Source of the DNA: Lama guanicoe
Taxonomy: Eukaryota
Length of the DNA: 64,000 nt
Direction: 5' to 3'
Assembly (NCBI GenBank): GCA_013239625.1
Contig: MU054212.1
Coordinates: 2,418,001 to 2,482,000, forward strand
Shown piece after piece: positions 13,411 to 26,399 of the stretch; position 1 is the first letter of the stretch; every line of letters begins with the position of its first letter. Below the pieces are notes generated by a model, which worked only from the letters and a program-made list of their open reading frames with translations, was not told the origin of the DNA and did not search any database. Both the position numbers and the translations under genes were made by a program.

Positions 13411-15763
13411 GGATAAATGAAAGCTGATGTATTGATTTCTAATTTAATAGGTACCTATTTCTTGTCCAAATTTCATCAGATGGACAGACAAATAAAGAGA
13501 GAAAAGTGCAGGTCAAACTTATCATTTCTATCACTGTCAAAGGGTCAGATGTTGGACGCAGAGAAAAGCCTGCAGCGAAAATGAATTTCTGGGATTATCT
13601 GAAAATCACAATTTTCTATCCCATCTCTATCCAAAAGGAACTAAAAAAGCTGATTTTTTTCCCCCATCGCTCCTCTTTTTCCCAAAATGGCCTTTCTGTC
13701 TCCAATTCCTTGCTTCTTCTTCAGAGCCTAATGAACTAATCTGATCCCAGCAACCTGGAGTCTAATAAGAGGTAACTGTGTTAATCCAGTCAACTGTCAA
13801 ACTGGGTCTGTTGGGTTGCATATAGTGATAGATGATTGCCTGGATAGCATCGCTAGCACACAGAGCGACCTCTGCCCACCCTTGCCTCCATTCCCCTCTC
13901 ACCTAGGCGTTCAATTATTATCACCATCATTGCTGATTTTGCTGCTGCTGCTACTGTTACTATTACTGTTCATGTGTCTTAATTAATACTTTCATTGTAC
14001 GCCACTTAGCCAAACATGTCTACCTGACTGATATTTCCCCACCATATGCCTCTTTCTTGTTAGTCTTAATAGAGATATCAAAGACTCAAATCTCATCATA
14101 AATTAATTCTACTTCCTCTGGGATACTTAGAAGTTTTAGGTCTCCAGAAGAGCATCTGCTATAAATTTACTTATTCTTTTCTATTCTGCAGTTTTTATGT
14201 CATTTGCTAATCAAAATAACAAGAATAAAGGTCTATCTTAAGTAATAATCCCCAAGCCCATGTTATTTGCATGTTATTCAATTTTAATTTTTCTGGTCTT
14301 ATTATCATTTCATTATTCAAAGTAACCCTTTTCTCTTTCCTCAGATTCAATCAACTTACAGTTAAAAGTATTTTTTAATGATTTTTGAAACTTCCTTAGA
14401 TAAATTATATATATTATAGTCTAGTTTCTGGAAGTAACACTTCTGAACATACCCCTCTGAACACTGGCAGATAATACTCTAGGAAATAGGGATCAGTGTA
14501 GCCAGGCAACAATTTCAAAATCGTCACATGGTCAAGCAGTAAGGTGGATATGAAAAATGCAGGCAGAGGTTCTATAGAACCTCTCTGGAGGGGATGTCTT
14601 AATATATTAGCATTACAAAAATGTCTCCGGTTCCCCAATCTTAAATACATAATTTGTGAATAATATTATGGGTTTGCAGCTGGCAGTGAAGTGTGATATA
14701 TTGTTAATGCTTTTTGCAAATGTTAGAGTGGATATCTATCAAGACTCTATTGTCTCTGATGGCTTTCATATAGCACAGTCCAAAAACTACTTCAATCTCC
14801 TGCTAAACTAGAAATTTTACTGTTCTGCAGATCATTAGAATTTTTATTATATCTAAATAATAAAAGCTATTATTAGGGTCAATTCATAGCTATAGAGTAT
14901 GCAATTTTAGTATCTTCTCTATGGATCTGACTTGTACTCTCTGGAATCTAAGTTTTCATTTTGGGTGAAAAAAAGATAAGTTAACTTTTTGTAGCTTTCC
15001 TGCATAGAAAGACAGCCCTGACAAACATTTAAATACTATGCTAGAGAGCCAAACATATCAGTTTCCAATTAACATTCTCAATCCAAACTCATCTAAATTT
15101 TTCTCCAGTTGAAGGAGATTGGGCTATACTGAAGGGTTGTACTTATAAAGTGATTATGAAATTTTCTTCTGTCATTCAGTTTTGTGTGAGATCTCTGGGC
15201 AATTCCTGATGTTGCTACTGTAGCAACAGCATACTTAGTGCTTGTCAGAGGCAGGAGCATTTTGAAATTGTGAGGGAGGAGCTATGATTTATAATGTGCT
15301 ACAAATTGCTCTCCGTGCTAGAATACAAATTCAAATATGATAGTTGATACCGATCTGCAATGTATTTTGGAGTAATCCCAATTGCTTATGAAAATCCCTT
15401 GATGGTTTGGGGATACATTTTGTCTACCAAACAGTCACTCTGACTGCACTGTGAATTCAGACACAATTTTTTTAAATGCAGAAGGGATTTCAGGGTAAAT
15501 TAGATTCTTCTTAAACCCCAAGTATTCAAAATAGAGGCATCTTTGCTTTAAGCATCAAGACCCTGTAAGGCTCTGCAGATAGGGTGGCTCTGAGAAAAAT
15601 TCCATTCCTGGTAAATATGACTGGGGACATCAACCGAGCACAACTTTATATGATCTGTGTATGGTAGGTATTTTCCTACATGAAGAGAGAATAGCGCATT
15701 TTTCATCATTTCTTTTCACAACGTCTTTATTGAGCAAGAACAAGAATGTGGGTATGTGCTAAC

Positions 15764-15765
<2 letters not shown>

Positions 15766-15798
<33 letters not shown>
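15766..15798. repeat. (AC)16 microsatellite
   Basis: Direct reading of a perfect AC run. Confidence 0.97.
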
Positions 15799-15800
<2 letters not shown>

Positions 15801-16313
15801 TCTACTGGCAGCTATTTCTTCAATAGCCTAAAGAGTGCCAGAGTGGAAACAAGTATGCAATGTGACTATCGAACCAACAGTTATTTTGATTATTTGTTTA
15901 GACTCCAACACATCTTTAATGCATTACTTGTTTAGAATTTGAGAATAAATTCACTATAAACAAATCTCAAGTTCAAGTGAATGTATCTAAACTGCAGGAA
16001 GAAGAGCACATAGACATAGCTAGCTAGACTAATAGCACACTGTCACCAGCAGTGAGAAGGAACACTCTACATAGGCTTGACTTGAGCCACTATTATCTGA
16101 AAAGGATGGTCAGCAAGAAGGCACTGAGGGGTGGGAAACAAACAGGCAGACATTTCTGTGATAATGAGCATGGTCCTCACCCTCAGAAATCCCCAAGGGA
16201 ATTCCTCAACACTAATCCCTAAGTCAGGGATAGACCAGAATTTGCTCATTCTTCACCATGTTATAGATGGGGAGGAGGTCAGTTGACCCTTCTCATGCTG
16301 TAAGTTAAAGCCT

Positions 16314-16686
16314 TGTATTTGCTGAGCTGCCATAACGAAATACCACAGATTGAGTGGCTTCAACAATAGAAATTTATTTTCTCACAATTCTGAAGGCTGT
16401 AAGTCTGAGATCAAGGCGTTGGCAAGTTTGATTTCTTCTGAGGCTCTTCTCCTTGACTTGCATCTTCCTTGACATCATCTTCCTTCTATGTGTATCTGTG
16501 TCCTAATTTTCTTTTCTTACAAGGACACCAGTCAGACTGAATTGGGCCCCATTCAAATGACTTCATTTTAATCTAATTACCTCTTTAAAGACCCTATCTT
16601 CAAATATAGTCACACTCTGAGGGACTGGGGGTTAGGATTTCAACATATGAATTTGGGAGTGGGGAGACAGAATTCAGTCCATAACA
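16314..16686 (-). mobile_element. MaLR solo LTR (MLT1A/B-like) with intact 5-bp TSD
   Basis: TG...CA ends flanked by AGCCT (16309-16313 and 16687-16691). 'gctgccataacgaaataccacagattgagtggctt'. Confidence 0.9.
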
Positions 16687-16904
16687 AGCCTAAACACTGA
16701 TTTTAATTATATTTCATCTCTACTGAGTTTCCTGATTTCTCATGTTTCTGCAATGTTAGCCACAAAAATGTTGACCTATTTGGGCACCCTCTGCTTGTTA
16801 TGGTAAGAACAAGGCATTAAGGAAGCCAAAAGATAACTTGACATTTCTTGGTCCCACAATGGGTCGGCTAGTGTCACTTGTGCACTTAAGCTGTGGAGGA
16901 GTGT

Positions 16905-17140
16905 ATTATAGTTCAAGATTGGCCATGTGACTTGCTTTGGCCAATAAAATGTGAGTGGAAGTGAGATGTGACTCTTCTGAACAGAAAGATAAGAGCCAGT
17001 GCACAGCTCCACCATGTTCACCTTTCCTTTGGCCATGAGCCATAAATTTTCCCAGATAGGGTACAAAACATGAGCAAAATAAAATAAGCCTTTGTTATTG
17101 TAATCCACTGAGATTTTGGAGTTGTTTGTTTCTGTAGTAC
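16905..17140 (+). mobile_element. MaLR LTR fragment (MLT1H/I-like)
   Basis: 'ggccatgtgacttgctttggccaataaaatgtgagtggaagtg...aaataagcctttgttattgtaatccactgagattttggagttgtttgtt'. Confidence 0.75.
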
Positions 17141-17659
17141 GGTTTGGCGTAAGTTGCATGATATATCCTGCACGTCTACCCCTGCCCCTGAGGCTCCTGT
17201 CCATCTGTGTGGGACCACTCATCAGTTGCTATAAACTGCACTAGCATGTTCCATGCAGATCCATCAGTCCACCCAGGGCAGTGTCATAAGTTCTTCCTGC
17301 CCAAATAAAACTCTAATTCCTTTGTTTCCTTAATCAGCAATCAGGAAAGAAACTTGACCAAAGTGACACATAGGAAGGTAGGTGTGTGGAAACCCCTGCT
17401 GCTCAGCTTGACATATAATTTTGCCATGGGAAAGTTCTGATTTAAAGGGAGATGCAATAATACTAATAATAATGCAAATAAAAGTCTCCCTAATAATGAG
17501 ATTTCAAAAATGCTATTTGGGGAGCAAGAAAGACATTCTAGCACCTCCGACACTGCCTTATGTACTTACCAGCTATCCCTGCCTGCCACTGTTAGAAAAA
17601 AGTTCAAAGCATAAATGCTAGTGATTATACTTGAACTGTAACTTGACCTGTATATCCCT

Positions 17660-17840
17660 ACAGTTACTTACCTACTGCAGGCACTCTGCAGGGCTCTTCA
17701 CATGTGTTATTCCATGTAATCTCTTCAACAACTCTAGACAATAGGTACAACTTATTAACCCCACACTACAGATCAATAAATTACTCTCTGGTCATATGGC
17801 AGGTGAGTGGCACAGCCCATGCTCATAACTACTGTGCTAA
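17660..17840 (-). mobile_element. MIR fragment
   Basis: 'acttacctactgcaggcactctg...ttcacatgtgttattccatgtaatctcttcaacaactct...gctcataactact'. Confidence 0.65.
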
Positions 17841-19397
17841 TTAACAGTGAATCAATGCAATCTTTACTCTTAGAATCTAAGAAAAATAAAGCATCACTGT
17901 GGATTTTTCTGATGTGTCTTCCCTTTACTTTATGATCTGTATTTTAATTTTTTGATGGCATTTATGATGGAGGGTGAAGCGGAGGTGGGATAGAGGCAGG
18001 TGTTTCCCATTAGAATGGCTTCGTTAAGTTCAAAACCCAAAGGTAATCTACCCTTCTGCTTCAAACACTTAGAAACAATAGACAAGAAAGAAAACACAAC
18101 AAAAAGAAAAATAAACAACAAACCAGAAAGATGTATCAAGTCTCAGCCAAATCTTCCTGTAGATCTAAAACAGACAGAAACCCACAACAATGATGGAAGG
18201 GAGTAAGGCTGTGCAAATCATGGCCTGTCAGACTCTGGTGGTGGTCATAACGCTTGCTCCTACAAGATAATGGAGACTAAAATGGTTCCGTGCCTGTAGA
18301 TGTCTAGAGCCAAGTTCACTAGCTGAAGCCAGAAACTAGAGGTGGCTCACCACTGATCCTGATTTTTTTTAAAATGCCACTGAATGAAGCCTGAGGCTTC
18401 AACTGTTAGAAAACCAAAGGTATTGGAAAGTAGGAGGAACCAAACTTCCTTCTGGCTCTGTGAATGGATCAGCACTCTCTCTAGTACCATCAGAAATACT
18501 GTACAGTTATAAAACCTTGATCATAACTAGGGTGTGAGGGCCTGAGTGCAGGCAACAGTCAAATGTCTAGGCAGAAAGAGAAAAGCAAAAAGGAAAAGAC
18601 TAAGGGAAAAAGCAATCTCCCACTTAAGATGAGCTTGTAAACTCAAATTCCAAAACACAGAGAAAACTATTGCTAACAAAGAGAACTATAAATCAATCAA
18701 TCAAATAAAATCAGTGTCACAAAACAGTCTAACAAAGACTTTAAGATATGTTTGGCCAAAAAGCAACATCCAGAAAAATATAATAATAAATAAAAAAATA
18801 AAAACACAGAAATGAAATAAGTTGCTTATGAAAAATAAGAATAACTAGGAATCTTGGAAAGGAAAAAAAAATCAGAGAAATAGAAAAAGTAAGGGGATAA
18901 ATTCTAGACTATACTGAAAAGAATTAGCAAATTTGAGCAGCTTCAACATGCATCCAACAGGAGTTCCAGAAGAAGAGAATTGAAGAAATAATGGCTGAGA
19001 ATTTGCCAAAATTGAAGAGGAGTCCTTAGGTTCAAAGTGCATTCAAACTTCTGAGCAGGATAAAGAAAAATAAATTCATGCCCAAATGAAAAAAAAAATC
19101 TAAGAGCTGCCCAAAACGACAGATGACCCACAAAATAATGGCAATTAAGCTGGCAACAAAACTTTCGTTAGCAACCATATGAGACAAAAGACAATGGAGC
19201 AATATTTTCAAAATGCTCAGGGAAAGAAATAGTAAGCTTCAAATTTTATACACAGCTAAACATTTAATTAAGAACGAGAGCAAAATAAAGGCTTTTTTAC
19301 ACTAATAAAAATAAAAGAGTTTACCACCTACAGATGCTCATTAAAGGAATTATTAAAGAATATGTTTCAGCACGAAGGGAAGTGAAGCGAGAGTGAA

Positions 19398-19754
19398 TGT
19401 GGATGTGACTTGCACAGCTCACCAAGATCCAATGTCTAGCCCCTCACCCATGGGAGAATTAGATTTTCCTGTACCTCTTGAAGTCAGGCTTGACCACGTG
19501 ACTCACTTTGGCCAAGAAAATGTGAGCAAAAGTGATGAAAAATTCTCTTGCATGGAAGATTTAAGAGCCAGCTCACGTCCACTGTACCCTTCCCCTCTGC
19601 CGCAGCCACCCACACTCTTTCAGACAGGGGCTGCCCCTTCAGTGGCTTCAGAATGCAGGAACTAAACCTCTAGCCAACCTGGAATATAAGCAAGAAATAA
19701 AACTTTGTTGCTTAAGCCGCTGCTTCTTTACAGTTGTTTGTTACGACTGATACA
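19398..19754 (+). mobile_element. MaLR solo LTR (MLT1I-like) nested in L1
   Basis: TG...CA ends; 'gaccacgtgactcactttggccaagaaaatgtgagc', 'aagaaataaaactttgttgcttaagcc...actgataca'. Confidence 0.75.
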
Positions 19755-20353
19755 AAGGACAATTATACAAAATTGGAGGGACTACAGAAATTGATCAAAT
19801 ATGCTGGAAATTTTAATTAAAAGTCAATTATGAAAATACTAAATTTTAATGAACATCTAAACCTCTAGGCAACAACAACATGGAATATGTTCAAAGGAGA
19901 GTTTTAAAACATATTCTGGATAACAACAGAAATACTGAATAATTTTAAGATTTGTTTTAAAATGTATAGAGTAGCACACATGTTTATAATTTAAGGATAC
20001 TTACCAAAAGAACAGAAAGGCAATTTAAAGCATTTAAACGGCAGGATAGAGAAAGGGGAATGTTGAAAACTCACCCAATTCATGTAAAATTAGGAGAGAA
20101 GAAGATGGAAAAGGCAAAGAAAAATGATAATAAACAGAAATCATAAAAGAAAGTGGCAGAACTAGGTCCAAATATTGAAGTCACAATAAAATGAAAAGCA
20201 ATGTCACATATTAAAAGTCCAACCCAACTGGATCAAATCGAATCTAATCAGATTGCATATTTTTAAGTCTAGCTATTTGCTGCTTTATAAAAAGCACACC
20301 TAAAATTAAACCACACAAAAAGATGGAAAAAGGTACACTAGACAAATAGTAAC

Positions 20354-20714
20354 TGTTATGGGCTTAATGGTATCTCTTTCCTCCAAATTCATGTTATAGT
20401 CCTACCCCTAGAACCTCAGAACATCACCGTATTTACAGGCAGGATGTATAAAGAGGTAATTAAGTTAAAATGAAGTCATATGGGTGGGCCCTAATCCAGT
20501 AACACCAAATCCTTATAAGGAGAGGAAATTTGGACACAAGTATAGAGGGAAGATGGTGTGAGCACACAGTCATCTACAGGCTAAGGAGAGGCCTCAGAAG
20601 GAACCAATCCTGCTCATTGACATCAAGCCTCCAGACTGTAAGAAAATTAATTTCTGTTGTTTAAGTCACCTCGTTTGAGGTACTTTGTTATGGCAGCCCT
20701 AGAAAACTAGCCCA
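20354..20714 (+). mobile_element. MaLR solo LTR (MLT1B-like) nested in L1
   Basis: 'tgttatgggcttaa...aaagaggtaattaagttaaaatga...gggtgggccctaatcca...tttgttatggcagccctagaaaacta'. Near-TSD GTAAC/CTAAC. Confidence 0.88.
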
Positions 20715-20849
20715 CTAACCAGAAAACGAACCAAACCAAAAAAACACACAAAATTACATCAGACTAAAATAGAATTCAAGTCAAAACACATGGATAGTAT
20801 TATAAGGGAGCACCAACCATGAAAAAGGACCAACCCACTAAGACATAAA

Positions 20850-22100
20850 GTCATTCTCCCTTGAACCCTCTCCAGTCATGCTGTAGTTCCTATTCCTCCT
20901 CCCTCTAAAAAAAAGAAAAAAAATCACTCCTGTGAGTGTTACCAAAGATCTTCATGTTATCAAAAAACAATGGTCAGTTTCCAGTCATAATCCTACACAT
21001 CTTCCCTTATCTCCAGCAACACCATACTCTTCACTCTCTTCCCGCCCGCTCTGCCTTCCCTCGACCCCAAACACAAGCAGAACCGAGAGCTCGAGCCTCC
21101 ACTGTCTTCTCTTCTCCATCTGCTGTGGTCTCCTCAGAACAGCCGCAGGGGTTGCAGGGAGGATGGGGCTACAGGGAGAATTAACTGTGGTCCCCGCTGA
21201 TATGGGTCAGAGAGAGAGGGGGTCAGGGAGCGGATATGAGAGCAAACAGACAAACAACAGGCACGGTAATTAATAGGCACCACCAGGTTAATACTATAAA
21301 GAGGAGCTCTTCATTTTTACCCATATACCCAATCCTTCCAAGTCTTTCCCCTTTGGTGATCCCGTTCATCCAGTGGCTAAGGTGAAAAATCTTAGGAACC
21401 ATCCTTGATTTCTCTCTTGCTAGCCTATCTGACATCCAATTCATCAGCAAATCAGTGGGCTAAAGTCCCAAAATATATTCCAAATCCTCCCACTTCTACC
21501 AGTATCTCTGCAGCGCAAGCCAGTGTCACCTCTCTCACTTGGGATGTCACCTTAGCCTCCTTGCTGGCCCTCATTCTCCCCTCTTGTTTCAATACAGTTA
21601 AGGTGACAGAGGCACCCTTTCAAAATGAAAGCCATCCCCTGCCATTCTGGCTTTCCTACCATTCTTCAAACACATCGGTTGTGCTCCCTCAACATCACAT
21701 GCTCCCACCTCAGGGCCCTTCTGTTGTCTCTGCCTGGAATGGCCTTCCCCAGGTGCCATATGTCTCACCTCCTTGCTTTGTTCAGTCCTTCTCAAGCATC
21801 ACCTCCTCAGGGTGCCTCCTCTGAGCACCCCTGAGAGCCCAGCTCCCCATGCCGGCCTGTCTCTCTCCCCTTACCCCGCTGTGTCCTTCACAGCACTTGC
21901 AGCTACCTGACGGTAGACTGGTTGTTTACAATGAACTGTCTCCCCCCAGCTGGGATATAAGCTCTTTGAAAGAAGGGATTCTGGGGAGTTGTTCACTCTT
22001 CTATTCACAGTACCCAGAACAGTGCTGGGCACATCATAAATTCTCAGTAAATATTTGTTGAAAGAATGAACAAACATAGAAGTCAGTGAGTTAATCACAA
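20850..22100 (+). mobile_element. L2 LINE fragment (L2a-like) with an unrelated LTR-like insert at ~21040-21265
   Basis: 'aaaaatcttaggaaccatccttgatttctctct', 'ctcccacctcagggcc...tctgcctggaatggcc', and tail 'ccagaacagtgctgggcacat...aatatttgttgaaagaatgaa'. Confidence 0.8.
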
Positions 22101-24079
22101 CATTGTACGTACCAAATAGCAAGAAGGCCTGGAGTTATTCTCTCTTGAACTCACTCTATTCAGCAAGCCTTTGAAATACAGAAGCCAAAAAGAGAATTCA
22201 TGAGAAATTAATAATCTTCAAGTAACCTTCCTTAGTGAAGTATAATGGATACATCAAATTTTAAAATAAAGTAAGAATATGGAAGATTTGAACAACAAAT
22301 CAATATGTTTGATCTAAGATGCATGTAAAATCCTATATGCCCCAAATAGAGTATAGATCCTTTGTAAGCACACACTGATAAAAATTAAAGATACCTAAAA
22401 CAGAAACTGAAGCCCTAACAGATTTCAATGACTCCATGTCATAAACATATAGTTTCTGACCATAACACAATTAAAATCAAAATCAACAATAAAAATATAG
22501 TAAGTTAAGAAATATATGTTTGGAAATTAAAAACTGGACCTCTAAATACCCGTGAGATGCCATTTCATTCCCAACACATTGGCAAATCTAAAAGCCTCAT
22601 GGTACCTCCTGTCGAGGGGAATGTGGAGAAAGGCAGAGCATTCATACACTGCTAGTGAGCATACAAACTGGTTCCACAACTCCATAGATCAATACAGCAA
22701 TAATTAGCAGAGACAGCATGCCTAACAACACAACAATGTCAATTCTTGGTACATAATCCAGATAAATTCTCTAGCACATGTGCCCAAGAAGACATGCACA
22801 AGAATAATCGTTGCCGCTATTTTTGTTGTACCAGGTTAAAAAAAAGAAAATTGAAAACAATTTAATGTTCATTAAGAGCAAATTGGATAAATAAATTGTA
22901 GTATATTCATACAAAAGACTTTATACAGCTATCAAAACAAATAAATTAGAGATGCATTTATCAACATAGATAAATCTCAAAAACATTAGATTGAGGTGGC
23001 AGAAAAAGGCCAGTTGTAGAATACCAATATATTGTATTATATTCAGTACAAAGATTGAAAATATGCAAAACAACACTATTTACTGTTTGTATGTGTTATT
23101 TACGTAGTGACTCAGTAATAACAGAAAAACGTGCATGTAAAAGGAAAGGGACATATTCAAGGCAGTACTAATATCTAGGGGATGAGAGTGCCGTGATACG
23201 GAGATGTACAGACTTTACGTGTGTGAGTACATACCTATATCTATTGCTAGAGAGAGAGACACAGACACAGATAAAGAGTATTTTTATTTCTTAAAAAAAG
23301 ATCCAAAGAAAGTAAGTCAAAATGTTAACATCTGTTAAAGTTTCACGGTGAGTGGGTGTTTTGTGCATTACTTATTCTCTACGATTTTTTTCTGTAGGTT
23401 TGAACTATTCCATAACAACAACAACAAAAAATAAAACAGGAGACAGGAAAATGGCACGAAGAAGGTCTGAAAGAACAGAGGATGGGGAGGCAAACTAGTT
23501 TAAGATTATCAGGATTGGAGAGAAGGAAAAAATAGGAGAAGGTAAAGCCTAAAGGAAGAGCCAAGCAGACAATGAAAGTGAGCAGGAAATGGACAAAAGA
23601 AGTCAGCTGCTGTCTAAGGAGTGAGGGAATGAAGGCTTGCCACGCCCATACCATTGCGTTCTCTCCTCCCCACTGACGCCACTGGCTCAGTCGCTCACCA
23701 AGGGACAGGGCTGGTGGTGAGAGAATCCAGCCAGGTCACCTGTGATCTCCTTGCTCCCAACAGCTGAATCCCTATTCATGCGGGGGTTGGAGGGGAGTCG
23801 GCTTTATTTACCTATCCTAAAGTAGGTGCAATCTTTTCTATGATTCCTGAAATGTAAATGCTGAGAAAGACATGTTAGCAAGACTGCTTTTCCCTACCGT
23901 AGGAAATCACTCCCTGGGCAATGCTAACTTTAAGAAACTATTGGCCATTCAATTCCAGGAGGTAAAGCGATTTTTACTTTTAGCAGAAATTTTACTGTGA
24001 AAAGGAGAAATTGCTGTGTTAGGAGAAATTATATGGTATATGTGTTCATACAGTATAAAGCAGAACTTACTATTTTTAG

Positions 24080-24950
24080 CTCCAAATATTTCCCACCTCT
24101 GACTCTCCTCCCCTCTCAGGTTTGGAGAGTGTGATGCCATCATCTTGGCCTCTCCTTCCTTATCTTCCACATTCAGTCAGTTATCATGTCCTGCCAGTTT
24201 GCTCCTTCTCAACATACCTCACCTGTGTCCCCACCACTTGCCTAATCAGTCCCCATACCTGGGACTGCTCTCCCTTAAAGAAACTCTCTCTACCCCCATC
24301 TGATAGTTGCTCTAGCCCAGCTCTGATCTCACTACACCTTTCCTCGGAAAACACAAGCAGTACACCAATGTGTGAGAACAGAGCTCAAGCTCTCGACTCC
24401 AGTATTCAAAGCAAGCCTGCTTCGATCTGGTCTCTTATTTATCTCCTGCAGCTGCTCCTCTTGGCTCATTCCATCGTTCCGCTCCCACACTGTGCCCTGC
24501 CAAATGGTCATCCTTAAATATTCCCTGCCACTTTCCACCTCTGAATAGTTACTCAGAAAGTTTCCTCTATTTCCTCTCTCCCCATCCCTACCTAGAGAAA
24601 TCCAATCTCACCACCAACGTCCAGCTGAAATGCTGTCAGGCTCTATCCTCCTCAGGACTGGCAAGTGCTGATTGTAAATCACAAAGGGACAGAGTATCAT
24701 TTCTAATTCATTGCTATCTTTCTGGCCATGCCTAGCACTGTACCTTCCATATAATAGGTGCTCAACCATATTCAAATGAATGTATGAAAACATGCGTTTA
24801 TATAAGTACTACCTATAACCACGTGTATTTTTATAATCACAAAATTGATACAGATTTAATTTTAACCCTGAACTTCAGTCACCTAGTAAGCCCTCAATAT
24901 GTAATTGTGTGAAATAATGGATGACTGAGTAATGAATGGATGGATTTTCC
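24080..24950 (+). mobile_element. L2 fragments
   Basis: 'catcttggcctctccttcc', 'cctagcactgtaccttccatataataggtgctcaa', 'tagtaagccctcaatatg...aatgaatggatgga'. Confidence 0.65.
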
Positions 24951-26399
24951 TATACTTACTTTATAATTGAATGAGATATCATAGGTCACTATATATCATT
25001 GTCAGTTGCCCTATGCTCTTGCCAATATGTTTGCTCAAGATCCTTGGGAGTACATTTCTAAGTTCTGAGAGCAACAGATAAATGTTAATTCTACTTAATA
25101 TGGTTCTAAAGAGAAAACATAAACACAAGAATCTGTCTGCTTGGTTATAAATGCATTGCACTTAATATTACAATAGACAATGTTAATCACATATTTTGAT
25201 ATTCTTCTAATTCTTTTCATTGTTTTCGAACCCTCTTGCCTGAGTTGATTCCTTTTCCTTGTAATGAGAACAACTCCTGGTGAATACTAGCCATTTGACT
25301 CTTTTTTAAAAACCTCACTCAGTAGCCCTCCTTAGGACTAATAGCAGCTTTCCCTACAAATGACTGCTGCAGGTTATTAGGTCATATTTTCTTGGAATAT
25401 TCTACCTTTCATTTATAATTTTTAAATTAACCCAATTATTTCTAATGGTGAGCTGAGTATCTTAAACAGCAAAGAAAAAGAAAATTGTGTTGCTATATGA
25501 CTTAACACATTGTTAAAAGGAGATGGGAAATCTTGTGCAAGTGGAAGTTGATCATTAAATCAACACATCCTCTGTGCCCTTTACAACACCTCCTCCCAAA
25601 GGAGGCATCACTGTGCAGGGACTGCCAGGACCTCCAGCACCCTCTTGCTTCTGCACATCTAACGGAGAAAATGACCATGCAAAAACAAAACTCAATTTTT
25701 CAAAATGTCAATCAACCAATATTACTTCCAATGTAATATTTTCACCCACACAGCATTAAAAATATATATGCATTAAACCTTCCATCAGCTAGAAAAGAGC
25801 CTCATAAAGTTTCACTCTATTTCAATAAGAGTGAGTCAATTTAGGGGCCATTGTTGTATCTAGAGGCAAGATTTTTCTCTTGGGTTATCACAATACCACG
25901 GGTGTCAATCAAAGAGCCACACTCAGAGGACCAAGAGAATATCAGATGAGATCTATCACCAGGCTGAATTTTGGCCTGTATTTGTAAGTGATTTCCTCAA
26001 CTGGGTCATCCGTCACAAAGTCATCTGCATGGAGAGGATACTTCATTATTGTTCTATGGGGCTCCAATTAAGCAGGACATGATAAACTGCTATCAAATTG
26101 ACAACTCAACCAAATATTCAGCAATTACTACAACTTGTGACTGTGAGAGGAATGTGGGCCTCTCTGCTTCCTCCTCAGGTGAAGTCTGATGGGAATGAAA
26201 GATACTTTAAATAGCCTTCTGAGTGTCTTGTGCCTCACCGAGAAGGCTCTTTAAAAAAGAGTCAGAGGCCCTCAGTTCAGTGTCTCGTGTAGAATCATCA
26301 TGAGTTAGTGTCAATTTTAAATTCCTCTATACACGCAGATAGTGTGACACTAATGCAATGACTTCCCACCTGAAAAGGATACTGATATGTTTCCATTTG

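Larger units (their letters stand above)
18000..23420 (+). mobile_element. Old fragmented L1 (L1ME-type: ORF1, ORF2 endonuclease and 3' UTR remnants) hosting nested LTR and L2 insertions
   Basis: A-rich sense L1. ORF1-like 'gaaataatggctgagaatttgccaaaattga' and 'aagacaatggagcaatattttcaaaatgct'. ORF2-like 'ggaagatttgaacaac'. 3' UTR 'aattggataaataaattgtagtatattcatac...gtttgaactattccataa'. Confidence 0.8.

Noticed and set aside
16776..24517. Several ORFs of 110-150 aa (16776-17222, 20932-21273, 21405-21824, 24122-24517)
   Set aside because: They lie within MLT1 or L2 relics and have repeat-derived composition without splice or homology support.
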